This document shows positions 13,711-27,033 of a stretch of 64,000 bases of DNA, in pieces (the stretch's first letter is position 1; every line of letters begins with the position of its first letter). A program made the position numbers and the translations under genes. Where the stretch lies: the NCBI RefSeq assembly GCF_021869535.1, contig NW_026262734.1, positions 87,420,001-87,484,000 of the forward strand. The letters are read 5' to 3'. A model generated the notes under the pieces. It made no database searches. It was not told where the DNA came from and was given only the letters and a program-made list of their open reading frames with translations. The DNA is from Mytilus californianus (lineage: Eukaryota).

Positions 13711-14954
13711 AACGTTTGACTATATAGTAATAATTTTGAACTGTCTGTTATAGAAGGAAGTTTATTCAATACTTTTTTTGTATAAACTTCATGTGATGTC
13801 TGTTTTAACTTCATCTTTAAGGAATATTTAATTTTATTGTATCATGGTTTATCATAATTTTCAAAATCTTCAGCATTTAATCCGGTCTCTTTAAATATAT
13901 TTAGAGCAAATGTATACCAACTATGAAAACCATCATTATGCAGTGACTTATTTAATTCATAGGCTTCTTTTAACAGAGGATTAATATCATGGGTATGATT
14001 CTATGAAATCTACAAAAATATAGCATAACTTGTGGTTTAATAAATGAAGCCATAGAATGTTTTTAAAATTACCCGAAATGGACTTATTTTGTTTTAAGGT
14101 AAACACTGTTTGAAATGGGACTAAATTGTAAATTTTAAATATATGTGTGCTAATTTGTTCTTTATCTTGGTACATGTATCTATGTGTTCGCTTACGTGAT
14201 TATTCCGAGAGAAATCTGTTTGTGCCAAAAATGTGTCCTGTTGTACCACAACTCACTTGCCCCAATAATATGTTTGCCCTACTCGGTTTAGGAATAACTA
14301 GTACCATTTTCACCAAAAATTTAATATTCGATTACACTTATTTGTAGAAATTTTTTTTTACTCTTTACACTATATAATTAAAGGCTGCTTTTTTTTTTAA
14401 AGGTAAATACCAAAAATCGAAGTTTAAACATGTGACGACTCCACTTGAAGGAACCATCAGCAAATACATCTTATATGCATCCCAATAGAAAAGTTTCAAA
14501 GAATTTCAAAATCAACAATTATAAACATACTTTTCATACTTTTAAATAAAACGAAGTTGTCAGTACTACAAGCTCTTGTATTTTTCTGAAATTCTATATT
14601 CTTGGATATAAGGTGGTGTTGTAAAACAAAAAAACTATACTGCAAAACTAAATGTGTTTTAATATGTACAGATTCTTTTAATATAATCTATCGGTCTCAT
14701 CCGAGTGCTCCTAAACAGGAGGGCATTATGAAAGAAGAAGAAGGAGCAAGCGTGTATTCAGATGAGCAGTGCATTACTCTTTGATTGAAAGAAATTAAAT
14801 ATCATTGATGCAGAACATTTGTGTAATTGATAAAAAAAATAATCATAATCAATAGCACGGTTTATTCCTTGAATGGCAAATTAAAATATTTTTACCTATA
14901 TTTTTTTCGGCAGATCAAAGGATATATATATATAGGTATTCAAGGAATAAACCA

Positions 14955-15375
14955 TTTTAGTGATCTGAAAATTTCCGTAATCACATATTTAAGGAATTTT
15001 GGTGTTTCCTTTGATCTTCAAATGCTAATTTCACTAATTTTCAAGTTTTTCTGCATTAAATTTTCCTACATTGATGAATTATCCCTTTCTCTTGTATAGT
15101 AATTAAATTTCAGCAGTGCTCTTGGGCTGTATAAAGTTAGTGTGCTAAAGCTTTAAAACGTACCCTTGGGGATTTCTCTGTAATCAAATATTCTTTAACT
15201 ACTCTTACAATCTGACAAAGGTCAACAATGTTAAGTAACCTAATGGGTCATCTTTATACTTAGAAAGATCAAGTTCGAGGTTATGTCCAGATCTACAAAT
15301 TATTCCAGTTTAAACATATTTCAAATAAATTGTAAAAACTGATAGGCTCATCGAGCTAAAGATAATTTCTGTAGG
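14955..15375 (+). repeat. Dispersed repeat, second copy at ~21590-21995
   Basis: Shares GGTGTTTCCTTTGATCTTCAAATG..CCTACAT..AATTATCCCTTTCT..GCTAAAGCTTT..ACAAATTATTCCAGTTT with 21590-21995. Confidence 0.65.
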
Positions 15376-16285
15376 AAAATTTCGTAAAATAGCGATAAAA
15401 ACATTTATGCACTACAATACAAAGGTTATTACTTTAAACGGAGAGAAAAAAAATATGAAAGTAATTTAATATTAGACAATAAAATAGGTTCAAATGTGGG
15501 GATTTATCATAAAACCAGTCAATACGAAGCAAGAACTTATGCACTAGCTAAATGTGATAACATAAGTGTTGAATATATATATATTGATAAATATAATTAA
15601 TGGCTCCAAAATATCAGAATTTATCACAAAATCAGTATACATAAAGTTAGTCTGATCTGGAACTAATACATGAATTGTTCCCATATATTGGTACAAATTT
15701 AGTGTGATGCAGTATTTGGGTATTGTGGTTGGTCTGTCTGACTTTGATTTGTAATGTAGTGTTGTTTAAATTTGGCTTGGCTGAATCAACCTTATAATTT
15801 TGTACCATTTATCCCAGCATCAAAGCTATCTAATTAGATTAAGGTTTCATGTCTAATGAAGTTTGTCAGACGATATAATTTCACATTTCTTTTTCTATCA
15901 ATTAATTCATTACTTTTCATTTAATAGTACATTCATCATGTTCATCTTAAAACTATTTTCAAATCTTAGATTAAATATTTAATATGACTGTATAATTAAT
16001 TCAACTTTGTACTTTTTAATACTTTATTAAGCTTTTATTACCTATCAACTTTTCATATTTGAAATGTTTTTTTTACATAAAAGTACATTTATATAGAGAT
16101 TTAATTTCCTATTTCTTTCTCTGCTATGCATCATTATTTCTATCTTCTTCTTTTATTCTTTCTATTACAAAATAAATTTAAAAAAAAGGTTATTTTTTTG
16201 CATTTATTTACTTTAAAAAATGTTTTTCTACTTTAATTTGGGGTTTCCAAGTCGATTGCAGATCTCTAATATAAATACAATATAG

Positions 16286-16503
16286 GAGGGTCTGGATGGG
16301 GGTTCCTTCAATTCTGTAATTCTTCATATTTAAGCCATTTTTCTCTATTCTATGTAAATTTTGCCCATTATTTTCTATTCTTTATATTTTAGCACCCCAT
16401 TATTCTCCATTGTTCTCTGCCATCTTTTTTTTGTCCTTTTTTTCTCTAATCTTTATTTTTTGGGCCCATTATTCTCTATTCTGTAATTCCCATCCAGACC
16501 CTC
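16286..16503. mobile_element. MITE with GAGGGTCTGGATGGG TIRs and 6-bp TSD
   Basis: Perfect 15-bp TIR, with TSD ATATAG on both sides. Confidence 0.8.
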
Positions 16504-16929
16504 ATATAGTCTCAGTCAAAATTATTCACAACTTTTTTTAGACACAGAAGGATTTAGAGCTAGACAAAAAGTCAGGGGTAGTACTTACATGTATACAACT
16601 GTTTTTTTTACTAGAAGTGGTAATTTTAAATTTATTTTGGAGATATATAGAATTATATGCTCCTTATGTTTTATTCTTTTCTAGAATTTGTCTTTACTAA
16701 ATAGATCTAGAGTGTTTAATTGCCTGTCTTCAAAAGTTGTCTTTATTATTTATATAAATATAATTTTACAGACACGAAAATCTCAATCGTTCTTTGGTTG
16801 GAACCCCCCTTTTTTGAAGATCAATGATTTTGAATGGGGACATATGGTGGGAACCCCCTTTTAAAAATGGCTGGATCCGCCACTGTGGTTCCAATTCTCC
16901 AGATAAAAGGTTGAACTGAAATTTAAATA

Positions 16930-17931
16930 AACAGCTGCGCCATGAGCGCATGATACGCCCGTCGTCTTGTGTGTGAATTTTTATGCAATAAGCATAAATA
17001 GTTTCTGACATACGACGTGACATGCGAAAACCCCCCTTTTTTTTTAACAAAAAACTCAATATCTCTAAAATAAAATGTTGAATCAAAACCAAAAAGTATA
17101 CAGATCTTTAGATTAATATAACTAAGAAGTGTGTAAAATTTTAAGCAATAATCATAAATCGTTTTTGAGATACGGCACGACATGTGAAACCCCCCCTCCT
17201 TTTAAAAAAAAAATCATTATCTCAAAAATAAAATTTTGAATCAAAACCAAAAAGTATACAGATCTTTAGATTAATATAACTAAGAAGTGTGTAAAATTTG
17301 AAGCAATAATCATAAATCGTTTTTGAGATACGGCGCGACATGTGAAAAACCTCTCCCCCTTTTTTACAAAATACTCAATAACTCAAAAATAAAATTTTGA
17401 ATCATCACCAAAAAGTATACAGATCTTAATGTTAATATAATTAAGAAGTGTGTAAAGTTTTAAGCAATAATCATAAACTGTTTTTGAGATACGGCGCGAC
17501 ATGTGAAAAAGCCCTCCCCCTTTTTTAACAAAATACTCAATATCTCTAAAATAAAATTTTGAATCATCACCAAAAAGTATACAGATCTTAAGATTAATAT
17601 AACTAAGAAGTGTCTAAAGTTTTAAGCAATAATCATAAATTGTTTTTGAGATACGGCGCGACATGTGAAAAAAAACACACACCTGTTTTAGTTACTGAGT
17701 CCCGTAACTCAAAAAGTTTTAATCTTATTTTCACCAAAAAGTATACAGATCGTTTGACCATCATAAGAAACGTTTCAACTATGTTAAGTTTCATGAAATT
17801 TGAATAAGTCATTCTCAAGTTACGGTGCCACATGTTTATGCCGGACAGACAGACAGACAGACGGACAGACAGACGCCGGACATTTGTATACCATAATACG
17901 TCCCGTCAAAAATTTGACGGGCGTATAAAAA
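16930..17931 (+). mobile_element. HINE-like element with five ~161-bp tandem units
   Basis: The AAGTATACAGATC anchor lies at 17094, 17252, 17413, 17575 and 17739. It has a (GACA)n microsatellite and the 3' hairpin ATACGTCCCGTCAAAAATTTGACGGGCGTAT; the 5' sub-terminal GATACGCCCGTC matches this hairpin. Confidence 0.8.
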
Positions 17932-18729
17932 TCTGGTAAAAAGTAAGTGATAATAACCTTTATTCATTAACACGTTTTATCTTTTTTTTAAAGATTAAAA
18001 AAAAACAAAAATTCCCATGGAATAAATATTTTATGCATATAGCCTTTTAGTTTTACAGTAATTTGAATTCAAAAGCATAAGACTAAAAAAATTAGTATGT
18101 ATAGTATAGAAAGTCCCTGGTCTGGTGGCAAACCTATCAATCGAAATCAACGAATTAATAAACATCCTATAAATTCTAAACCTGACAATCTCCTATCCAT
18201 ATATAAAAACAACTGTAGGCATCAATTATTATGTATGTAAACTTAAAGATTGGTCAATTACAAATTAGTAAATTACATGATATTTTCAAGGAGTGTGAAA
18301 CAATCTCGTTTTTTTTCAGCCAACTCTATGAATGTACGTGTATAATAACAGCTTTTAAAAAAATATCTTGATTGTTATTTAAAAATAAATGAATGTACAT
18401 GTATTTGTGGATATTTTAATATCACCATAATCACGTTTTGAAAATAATCTAGAAATAAATAAATGGGTATATATTATGCCATGTTATTACGCCTATTTCT
18501 AGAATAAGAAACAAACTTAAAGTAGTAAAAGTACAGTAACTCACAAAGTAGTTCGTGTGTACATGTATACCTGCCAACATATTGCAGGAGTAAACAATGT
18601 GAATGCGGTATGAAGTATTCAAGTAAACATGGTAAAGACTACACAAAAGTTCTTACATGTGTACATGTACATACTGGTAACCTAAACTACACAAAAAACC
18701 TGTAAAAAAACATTTCATATCAGCCTCTA

Positions 18730-19760
18730 GATAGTAAGTGTTCAACAATCTAATCCTTCAGTGCTATTAACCGATTCCTCAACTATTTTTAAAGATCTAA
18801 TCATGCTAATAATTAACTTTTGTAATAAAGCATAGGAAAATAGTGGATTAACCTTTTTTGGAGTGTAAAAAAATCTTTGGATATTTTAGATAAAAAAAAA
18901 CACACTTTTGATGGTCCTTTTAATTCAGTAGACAGGTTTGACTTTTCAACTCTTTACACTTAACATTGCTTAAGTCCTATACAATCTTATAAAAAAAAGT
19001 TTGACCATTTACTTAAATGGTCCTTCAAACTAGACAAATCTGATTGCAAATTTATCTGCTGCAACTCATAAGATTTAAAATGTACATTGTATACTTACTG
19101 GAAGTGTGGTGAGATGATTAAAGTTGTAAATTTTCTATATTTTTGATAACATTCATGTACTTTTCGGCAATACAGTTTACATGTATCAACAGGTATTCCT
19201 ATGGGCACCCATTGTGCCCATTTAATAGCAGACTTGATCCTAATATACTGTTATGAATCACAGTTTATGGCCCAACTCAGTGAAGACCCATCTTAATATC
19301 ATTTAATAGATAAAATCAACAACACATATACATGTATCTTTAACTTGACGATAATTTTTTTGTTAAACAATCAAGTTCTCTTAATATGCTAGTGTCAAAA
19401 TTTACACAAAGGAACTTACTCATGTTACTTTAAATACATTTTGTAAATCAAATATAAATAGCTATAACAGTCCTTTCTTTGAGATTTAGAAATTTTAGAA
19501 CCAGTTTTACTTTTACACAGGAACTCCACACAAAAATTTATGACAAAAGGAATGATTTTTTTTCCCCCTAATGTTCCCTATATTGTAAATTTTCCTTTTT
19601 TGGATACTGTTTCCTGCAGCTCATGAAAAGTGCAGGTAATTTTTTCTTAGAGGGCACTCTTAGCAAGATTGGCTATGCACCCTTTGCATGGAGGACTACA
19701 CTTTAAGGGCACCTTTTACATAGATATAAAAAGACTATTATGGATGGGGATTTAATCAAA
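18730..19760 (+). pseudogene. Decayed Penelope-like reverse transcriptase
   Basis: Frameshifted remnants FWSVKN.., DRFDFSTLYT, GIPMGTHCAHLIADL..YCYESQFM, (Y)LDD and LHTKIYDKRNDF..IVNFPFLD appear in RT order. Confidence 0.75.
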
Positions 19761-20696
19761 TATACCATTGTTTCATATTTCCTGGTAGAAAATAAAGATA
19801 TATATGTATTCTTTTTTGTAATAAAATTATCACTTCTAGACCATGTAGACTCAGCTAATAGAATCTTGATGGTGTAACTGCCTCATAAATCATGACTCCA
19901 GTTTTACTTTTTAATACTGAATCACTGTGACTGATTGTCTACATTTAGCTAAGAATGTGTTGTGAAAGTGTCAAGACTTGCATGACAAGTAGCTAGCATA
20001 TGCATTGCTTTTAGCTGCACAAAAGAATAAGTGCCAAATACTTTTGGATATGAAATGTTTATACCAAAGCTGCAATTACCTTGGGACTATTATACAATAT
20101 ATAACATGTATGTCCCAGAATTACCTTGGCTCATAATTGTACAAACTTTTTAGGCTATATATAGTATTCATCTTTTTTTTCCATTTAATTCTGTATTTTT
20201 TGTCTATTGGAATGTACTAATCAAAGCTATTTATGCTATTCTCTCAACTTTAATTCAATTTTTATTTAGATAACAACAGTAAGAAAGCCATTGTAAATTT
20301 ACACCCACCATTTGCCCACTCCGTCGTCTTGGCTTATGTGCTTTGTATTGATCTGACACTGTCTGATGAGTCAAGCTTTTTCAACAGATTTTAATAGTTT
20401 GTTCTTATAGTTTGTTGTTACACCACTGTCCCAGGTTAACTTAGGGGAGGGTTGGCACGGCCACACATATGTTTAACCCAGCCACATTCTGTATGTGCCT
20501 GTCCCAAGTTAGGAGCCTGTAATGCAGTGGTTAGTGTTTGTTGCTGTATATCATATTTGCTTTTTGTTTGTTGTTTACAATTTGTACATTAATCAGGCCG
20601 TCAGTTTTCTAGTTTTAATTGTTTTACATTTGTGTCATTTTGGGGCCTTTTATATGCTGTAAGGGTTTTGCTCATTGTTAAAGGTCGTAGTCACAA

Positions 20697-21492
20697 CATA
20701 CCTGCAAACCTCTGAAACCTTCAAAGAGGGAGATCTTCCTCTCAGCTATGATAGCTGCGGGGGAGATTTCACACAAATGACATTTTCAAGCTAAATATAT
20801 GACCTGTACACTTATTCATCTACAAAACACCAATCATGCCAATAAGAGTTAATAAATATACTTTATTTCTTCAATTCATTTTTGTAATCTATACAAGATG
20901 GGTTTTTTTTTATTTATTCAATACCTCCTAGTCTCATAACTCATAACATTCCATATTTTAATTTTGTTGTGAATCTCACACTAAGCATGCTTTTGAATGT
21001 CATACAGACCACCAGAAGCAACCAAAAAGTTTATTGAACATAATGTGCACAATATAGATTCATTGTGTCGAGTTAACTTGGTCGTAAAAATTGAAATTTT
21101 TCATCCAATCTGCTTGAAATTTGCAGTTATATTTCTTCTTCTTTCATGTGTCTTTACACTGCGCTTGGTCCAGACAAAGAACTCTATCTTTATGATCTTG
21201 TTGAAGTTGACATAGCAGAAATGATTTTTGTTTACTTATAAATCGAACATAAAAACTATTGCCCAAAGTTTTCAAATGCTCGCTGATTGTTTGTCTCTTT
21301 TTATTGATCTGACAGTTAAGAAAATTCGTGTGAAATACGAACGCGGGTCATTCAGGGTTAAAATACATGATATATACGAAAACGGGAGATTTTATACTCC
21401 CTCGCTGGAGCAGAACGGCAAGTGGGAGAATTCTGGAATTTCGTAGTTTGCGCGGGAGACTCCGGCTCAAAACGGGAGGATTGGCAGGTATG
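20697..21492. mobile_element. hAT-like non-autonomous element inserted into a tail-repeat copy
   Basis: TIR CATACCTGC(A/C)AA..TTGGCAGGTATG with flanks GTCACAA / GTGACAA (imperfect TSD). Confidence 0.55.
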
Positions 21493-22718
21493 GTGACAAT
21501 CAGAACTTTGCTAACCGTCTACATCAGTCAGGGGTACTACTTAAACATGTGATTTCATTATCACCTATTTCAGTGATTTGATAAAATCAGTTATCACCTT
21601 TTAAAGTGATTTTGGTGTTTCCTTTGATCTTCAAATGACATAATTTTCATTGATTTTCCATATTTTGACAAACTTTTCTATAATTTTCCTACATAGAACT
21701 AATTATCCCTTTCTTTTGTATATCAATTTCATCAGTGCGCTTGGACAGTAAGTTAGTGCGCTAAAGCTTTTAAAAGTACGCTTGGGAATTTTTCTATAAT
21801 CAAATATTCATTAACTACTAGTACTCTTACTATCAGACAAAGATCAACAATATTAGGTAACCTGATTGGTTTTCTTTAGAGTTATAATGATCTACTTCAA
21901 GGTTATGTCCTGATCTACAAATTATTCCAGTTTTTGCATATTTTAAATAAACTGTAAAAACTGACAGGCTAATCAAGCAAAAGACAATTTCTGCATGTAC
22001 ATAGTTGTTTTTTCAATGGAATTCTTGTCTTTTTACCAATAAAAAAGGCAAGCTTGTGGGAAAAATATCAAGAAAATGTTATTAACACTTGTTGAAGTGA
22101 TTACATTTTAACTTCTCAAATTACTTGTTTTAGTGATTTTAAAAAGTCTGTGTCTATTTTTGTCATGTTTGTTAAAATTTTTAATATTTCACAGCCAAAA
22201 TCACTGGGAGCGCCTTTTTACCACAGAACACCACAGAAGAAGTGATTCTGAAATCACTTATATAAGTAGCACTTCTGACTGTACATCATGCTCATAAGCA
22301 CTCATACCCATATACCACATCTTCTTATTTTTATATTTTCACTAAAATAATCATTTGTTTAAGTAGTACCCCTAACTGCGAAAAACCTTTTCTTACAGAC
22401 AAGTGTCTATCCAATAATTTTAACACGTCAAATCACCCAGAGACTGGAGCTCAATATCACTGTGAACAAGCATGTGAGTGAGCTAAACATTTCTACAGTG
22501 GCCATCATCTTAAATATATAAAAATTCCAAAGGCAAATTATTGTGCGTACAAGCCTCTTACACCTAATGTTGTGCATTTGCAAAGAAGCAGCAAGTTGGT
22601 AATTTGTTTGACCCAGCTACATGTAAGAAACCGACAACCTCGCATATCACATTATAGCAATCTACCACACAACCAGAGAGGCTATATGGTTAATATAAAT
22701 TGTATGCTTAGACTATAC

Positions 22719-23002
22719 CTATCATATAAATTTTTCATCAGATCTTTAATCAACCAAGACTGTGCCGAGTAAGTAACAATGGCAACGTAAATCCCCTTTT
22801 CAAGGCAAGCAGGAATCAAATCTTTCATGCAGGGACGGACCTCTTTGACTAGATTTTCAATTGTTTCTTTCCATCGACCACCAGAGTGAATAGATATCAA
22901 TGTCTGATCGAAATCCATCGCAAGAAGACGAATGCCTTGTTTGTGCATGGCGTTGACCAGTGCTTTGACCTTGCTTACGTCTGTTCCTTTGTCAGCTGAC
23001 AT
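22719..23002 (-). CDS. HAD-superfamily phosphatase-like protein, coding exon 1 of 2
   Basis: ATG at 23002 starts MSADKGTDVSKVKAL..LLAMDFDQT (motif I DxDxT)..VAIVTYS (motif II). The donor is AG|GTATAG at 22719/22718 (phase 2). The joined CDS is 570 nt, giving 189 aa. Confidence 0.88.
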
Positions 23003-23124
23003 ATTCGCCGGTATAACCTTAAAATGTTTCTCAAGCTGTAGTCTTACTGAAACATTCACACAATGCTTAACAGTTTCACATTTTGCTATATTTATAGCTT
23101 TTCATGTTTTAACTTTAGTCGGAT

Positions 23125-23200
23125 TTTCGTAACCGGAAACAACAAATAAAGTAAATGTAAATCGGAAACGAAACTAACACGAGACATTTTCCGGACACTT
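23125..23200 (-). promoter_or_regulatory. Probable TATA-less promoter region of the HAD gene
   Basis: Three (C/T)CGGAA / TTCCGG ETS-like cores cluster 130-190 bp upstream of the ATG in otherwise CpG-poor DNA. Confidence 0.35.
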
Positions 23201-24939
23201 GAAGACTAATCGATCAAACTTGTGGTTTTAAATTATTCTAAACAAGGAATTACAAATCCTTGCTATGAATAATAAATATGAGACAGGCGTTACCTGTGAA
23301 AGAGCGCCAAAAATGAATCATTTGCGCCACAACTTATTTGCGGGGCAATAATACTACTGCGATTTTGAAAACTATAGGTTTCATTTGCGTCACTGAATAA
23401 AACAATCAATCAATATCGCAAATTTTATCAATTTATTTATTTTTACTTATATATATCTATTAAATGATTCAAGTGATTTTTATCAGCCACATCTTTTGCC
23501 ATTCAAAAAAACGCTAATTATATCCGAAGAAAGAAAAAATGGTGTTACTATTTACTAACGTACGTTAGTTACATTTTGCTATGCACTCATTCTCAAAAAT
23601 CTAGTAATTGGCTCAAATAGAATCTGCCCTAAAATTGCGGGACTTCTTTTTTCTTCAAAATTAGATAAATAATATAATTTGCATTGATCAAGGATTTGTA
23701 TAGTCTTACTATACAAATGCTTGCATTGCCCGGATGTTATATTATCAATGATTTGTCGCGATAAAAGTATATGTATATAAAAGATTAAAGCATAGATAAA
23801 GTTGTATTTAACATTTGTACACTACTTTATCAAGATTTAATAGAAGAAATATTAAAATATATTTCAGCTTTATTCTGATCCAGTTTGATCAGTGGGTTTT
23901 TATGAAGTAGCTTACCGGGAATGACATGCTGCAATTTTAAATTAGAAAAAAAACAATATAATTCTACGTGAAGAAAAATTCAAGCTATATTTTCTTTCAG
24001 TCCAATGTTTGAGATCAGGCATGTATGTACTTTTTTCCAGTTTTAAGTGGAGCCGTTATATTGGCCGGTAGACCCTATGAATTTTCCGGGCAATATTGCA
24101 ATAATGTGTACCCTAGTGAGTCAACAAGTCTTGTGTTATGTTGCTGACCCACTAACCTTTTACCTAATATATTATCAACAATGTTTTAATTTATACTCGC
24201 AAGACATATACAAAATAGCGATAAAAATGACAAACTTCTAAAAAATAACCATTGCCAATTTTTACTGGAGATATAAAGGAAAAATCTAAACAGTTGTGTC
24301 AAATTTATTAAACATTATTGTTTCCTAGTCACGGATATATAAATGTTAAAGTTGAGGTTGACTATGGGTTCCCTACTTCTTATTCTTCACATCGCTATGA
24401 AATCGCATAAAAGTAAGTACGGTATAAGGTTTGGTCCATCACCCGTCCCTTTACTGACATGGAACCACGCCTCTCTTTTGTTAATAGTTCCTGGATCCCC
24501 TGCTGATTAGGCGTGGATAAGAATAAGAATAAGAATTTTATTACGGTTTAAAATCCAAACAAAAGGATTGTTACGAAAGAAAAACATATAAATAACAAAA
24601 CGATAGACAGAAAACAATACAAACATGTAGCATTGAAAAAAATGTTAATATTTATTACAATACTTTTTATCACAACATGCCTCCTCTATAAAGTTATCAT
24701 TTCAAATATCTTGATTATACATATTATAATATTAGTCATGAATCATACACAGTTCATGTATTGACGTCGACATTATAGTTGTTTCTCTCATATACTGTTA
24801 ACAAAGATAATTAATATATCACATTCTTCACAAGAAAATATAAAATCAAATTTGTTTTTATAACTCATTGAATTAAAACGGGGAACAATATTAGCAATTT
24901 CATTAAACATTTTGATCCTAGGTTTATTAAGTTCTGCAC

Positions 24940-25651
24940 ATGTTACGAAAATGGAATTCCTTTTCCACCTCGTTATGGCATAAGGGACATATTCTATTTT
25001 CTAAGGCTGTTTTATTGTATCGGCCATCGGCGTAAACTTATCGATCGTTTGTAAAAATCCATTCGAAAAGATTATCAATTTAGCACTGTAATAATTTAAG
25101 ATCTTGTAATATTGTTTTACAAGTCTTAACATTTGTTTAAGTAGTTGTCAATAAATTAAGCCATAACTAAATATGTATTCCTATATACAGTTATGCATAC
25201 TTATTAAAGGTACTATATCATGTAGATACTTCTTTTTTGGGACTGCACAAAGTCATGTTTTCTTGGACTATTAATGAAGCCTTTACACTAAATCCATTGG
25301 ATGTGTACCGATTGCTATTTTCCTTCACGTTAGAAACATGATTTATTAAGTTAGTTGTTCAGTTGGCTCGAAAACCCCGCCACATTCTGTAAATGCCTGT
25401 CCGCAATCAGGAGCCTATAAGTCAACCATTACCGTTGCTCGCTCCCTATTAGATTTGTTTTCGTTTATTGTTTTGTTCATAAATCAGGCCGTTTTATTTG
25501 CGTTTGAATTGTTTTACATGTTTTCATGTCACGGTCACATGATTGGATTTGCTCATGGTTGAAGATTGTTCGGAGAACCAGGGTTGCTTACACGTATTTC
25601 ATTTGGTCTATGTTGGATAGTTATCTTATTGCCAAGCGTACCACATCTTTT
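24940..25651 (+). mobile_element. Degenerate Penelope-like 3' end (RT C-terminus remnant plus tail repeat)
   Basis: The AAACTTATCGATC segment matches the RT C-terminal fragment at 44616-44798 and runs on into the tail repeat. Confidence 0.55.
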
Positions 25652-25929
25652 AATATTATATAGTTAGCAAGGATATTTAGACAACCGAACATTCTGTATC
25701 CAAAGCAAGGGCTGCAAGATTCTAGATTTATGGCCATTTTGATTTCTCAAGGATTGTAGGAAGACAAATTCGTGAGCGGGTGTCTGTTGGGTTATTTTAT
25801 ACACAGTCACGTCCAATCGGAAGGGGAACATTGAATACATGCATTATCCTGCATATGAAGAGAGCCTACGGAGAGATTGTTATCTGTATCATTAATTCAT
25901 CAGCCATTATATCTTGGGATCGTCCCAGT

Positions 25930-26230
25930 AAACTGTGCGTCAGTACTTTGAATGTTTTCTGTTATTGTTTGCTTTTCAATTTAGCGCCAGCTATAGCGGT
26001 GACATGGCGATATGAAATTTGCCAAACTTTGAACTGTTAAATGAGAGGACAGTATTTATATAGCAAAAGGTGAACTTGGTGACGTTAAAGAATAATGTTA
26101 GAATCTTTTCATTTTTTCTAATAGGCTCCCGTATGAATTCAACCTCATTGGAGTTAAGGGCTAAGTTGAGGAGCACAGTTTGTTTTCATTGGAATGCCGA
26201 TTGTTTGTTGAAAAACACGTCCCCTAAATT
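25930..26230 (-). pseudogene. Penelope-like RT fragment (domains 4-5)
   Basis: Minus strand reads GRVFQQTIGIPMKTNCAPQL and FTFCYINTVLSFNSSKFG, a decayed form of GIPMGTNCAP / FRYIDDVLSLNNSKF. Confidence 0.72.
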
Positions 26231-26989
26231 GATTGAATCAGAGCGGGGGGGGGGGGGGGGGGGGGGGGGGGGCAAAGTATGAAATATCCCCATTGTATCT
26301 GCGTTGACATTTCTTTTTAAGGAACAAAATCAGGCTAATTATTTCAATCTGTCTTTAAGTTCAGAAATGAGGAATTCTAGTGTAATGGATAGAGAGGCCA
26401 AATGTTTTATACAATTGAACTAGGGAAGTGACTTAGATTTTATATATATATATATATGTTCTCGAACAGATCTTTGGAATTTTTAGTATCCACACTTGAT
26501 TCAAACCGCCTCTTTAGTATGTAGTATTTCGTGTTGCTCAGTCTTCAGTTTTCTATGTTGTGTTTTGAATACTATTGTTTGTCTGTGGGTCTTTTTCTGT
26601 TTTAGCCATGGCGTTGTCAGTTTGATTTTGACATGTGAGTCTGAATGTCCCTTTGGTACGTTTCGTCTCTCTTTTATAGTAACTCTAAAGCCCGGTTTTA
26701 ATTGTTGAAAAGATAGATGTGTATTTGGAAAGAGGTTACATAAAGCATTCGACAAATCCAGTAATATAACGTGATTATCAGGACACTTATATCATTTGGG
26801 TATCCAATACAGTGAAGGAAGATCAAGTTTTCATTGATTTTTCAAATAAAAATACATATGATTGTGCATTATTTTCTCTTTGGTAAGTATCATGGGAACG
26901 AATGGACAATACCTAATTAATCCTTTATTAATCGGTTTCTTCAACGGTTTTGGTTCTTATACATCCTGGGCTTTCAGCTATTCGGCTTT

Positions 26990-27033
26990 GAGAGTTCCTG
27001 ATGAAGATAAGTCCAATAAAGCGCTTCGGATGC
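26990..27033 (+). ncRNA. Degenerate minimal hammerhead-ribozyme motif (PLE type)
   Basis: GAGAGTTC-CTGATGA-AGATAAGTCCA-ATAA-AGCGCT-TC-GGATGC. The stem III palindrome AGCGCT is kept, but the GAAA core is mutated. Confidence 0.45.

Noticed and set aside
26237-26272. Long poly-G runs (also ~5144, ~32985) as G-quadruplex regulatory sites
   Set aside because: They are simple homopolymers typical of MITE interiors in this genome and prone to length error, with no specific evidence of function.
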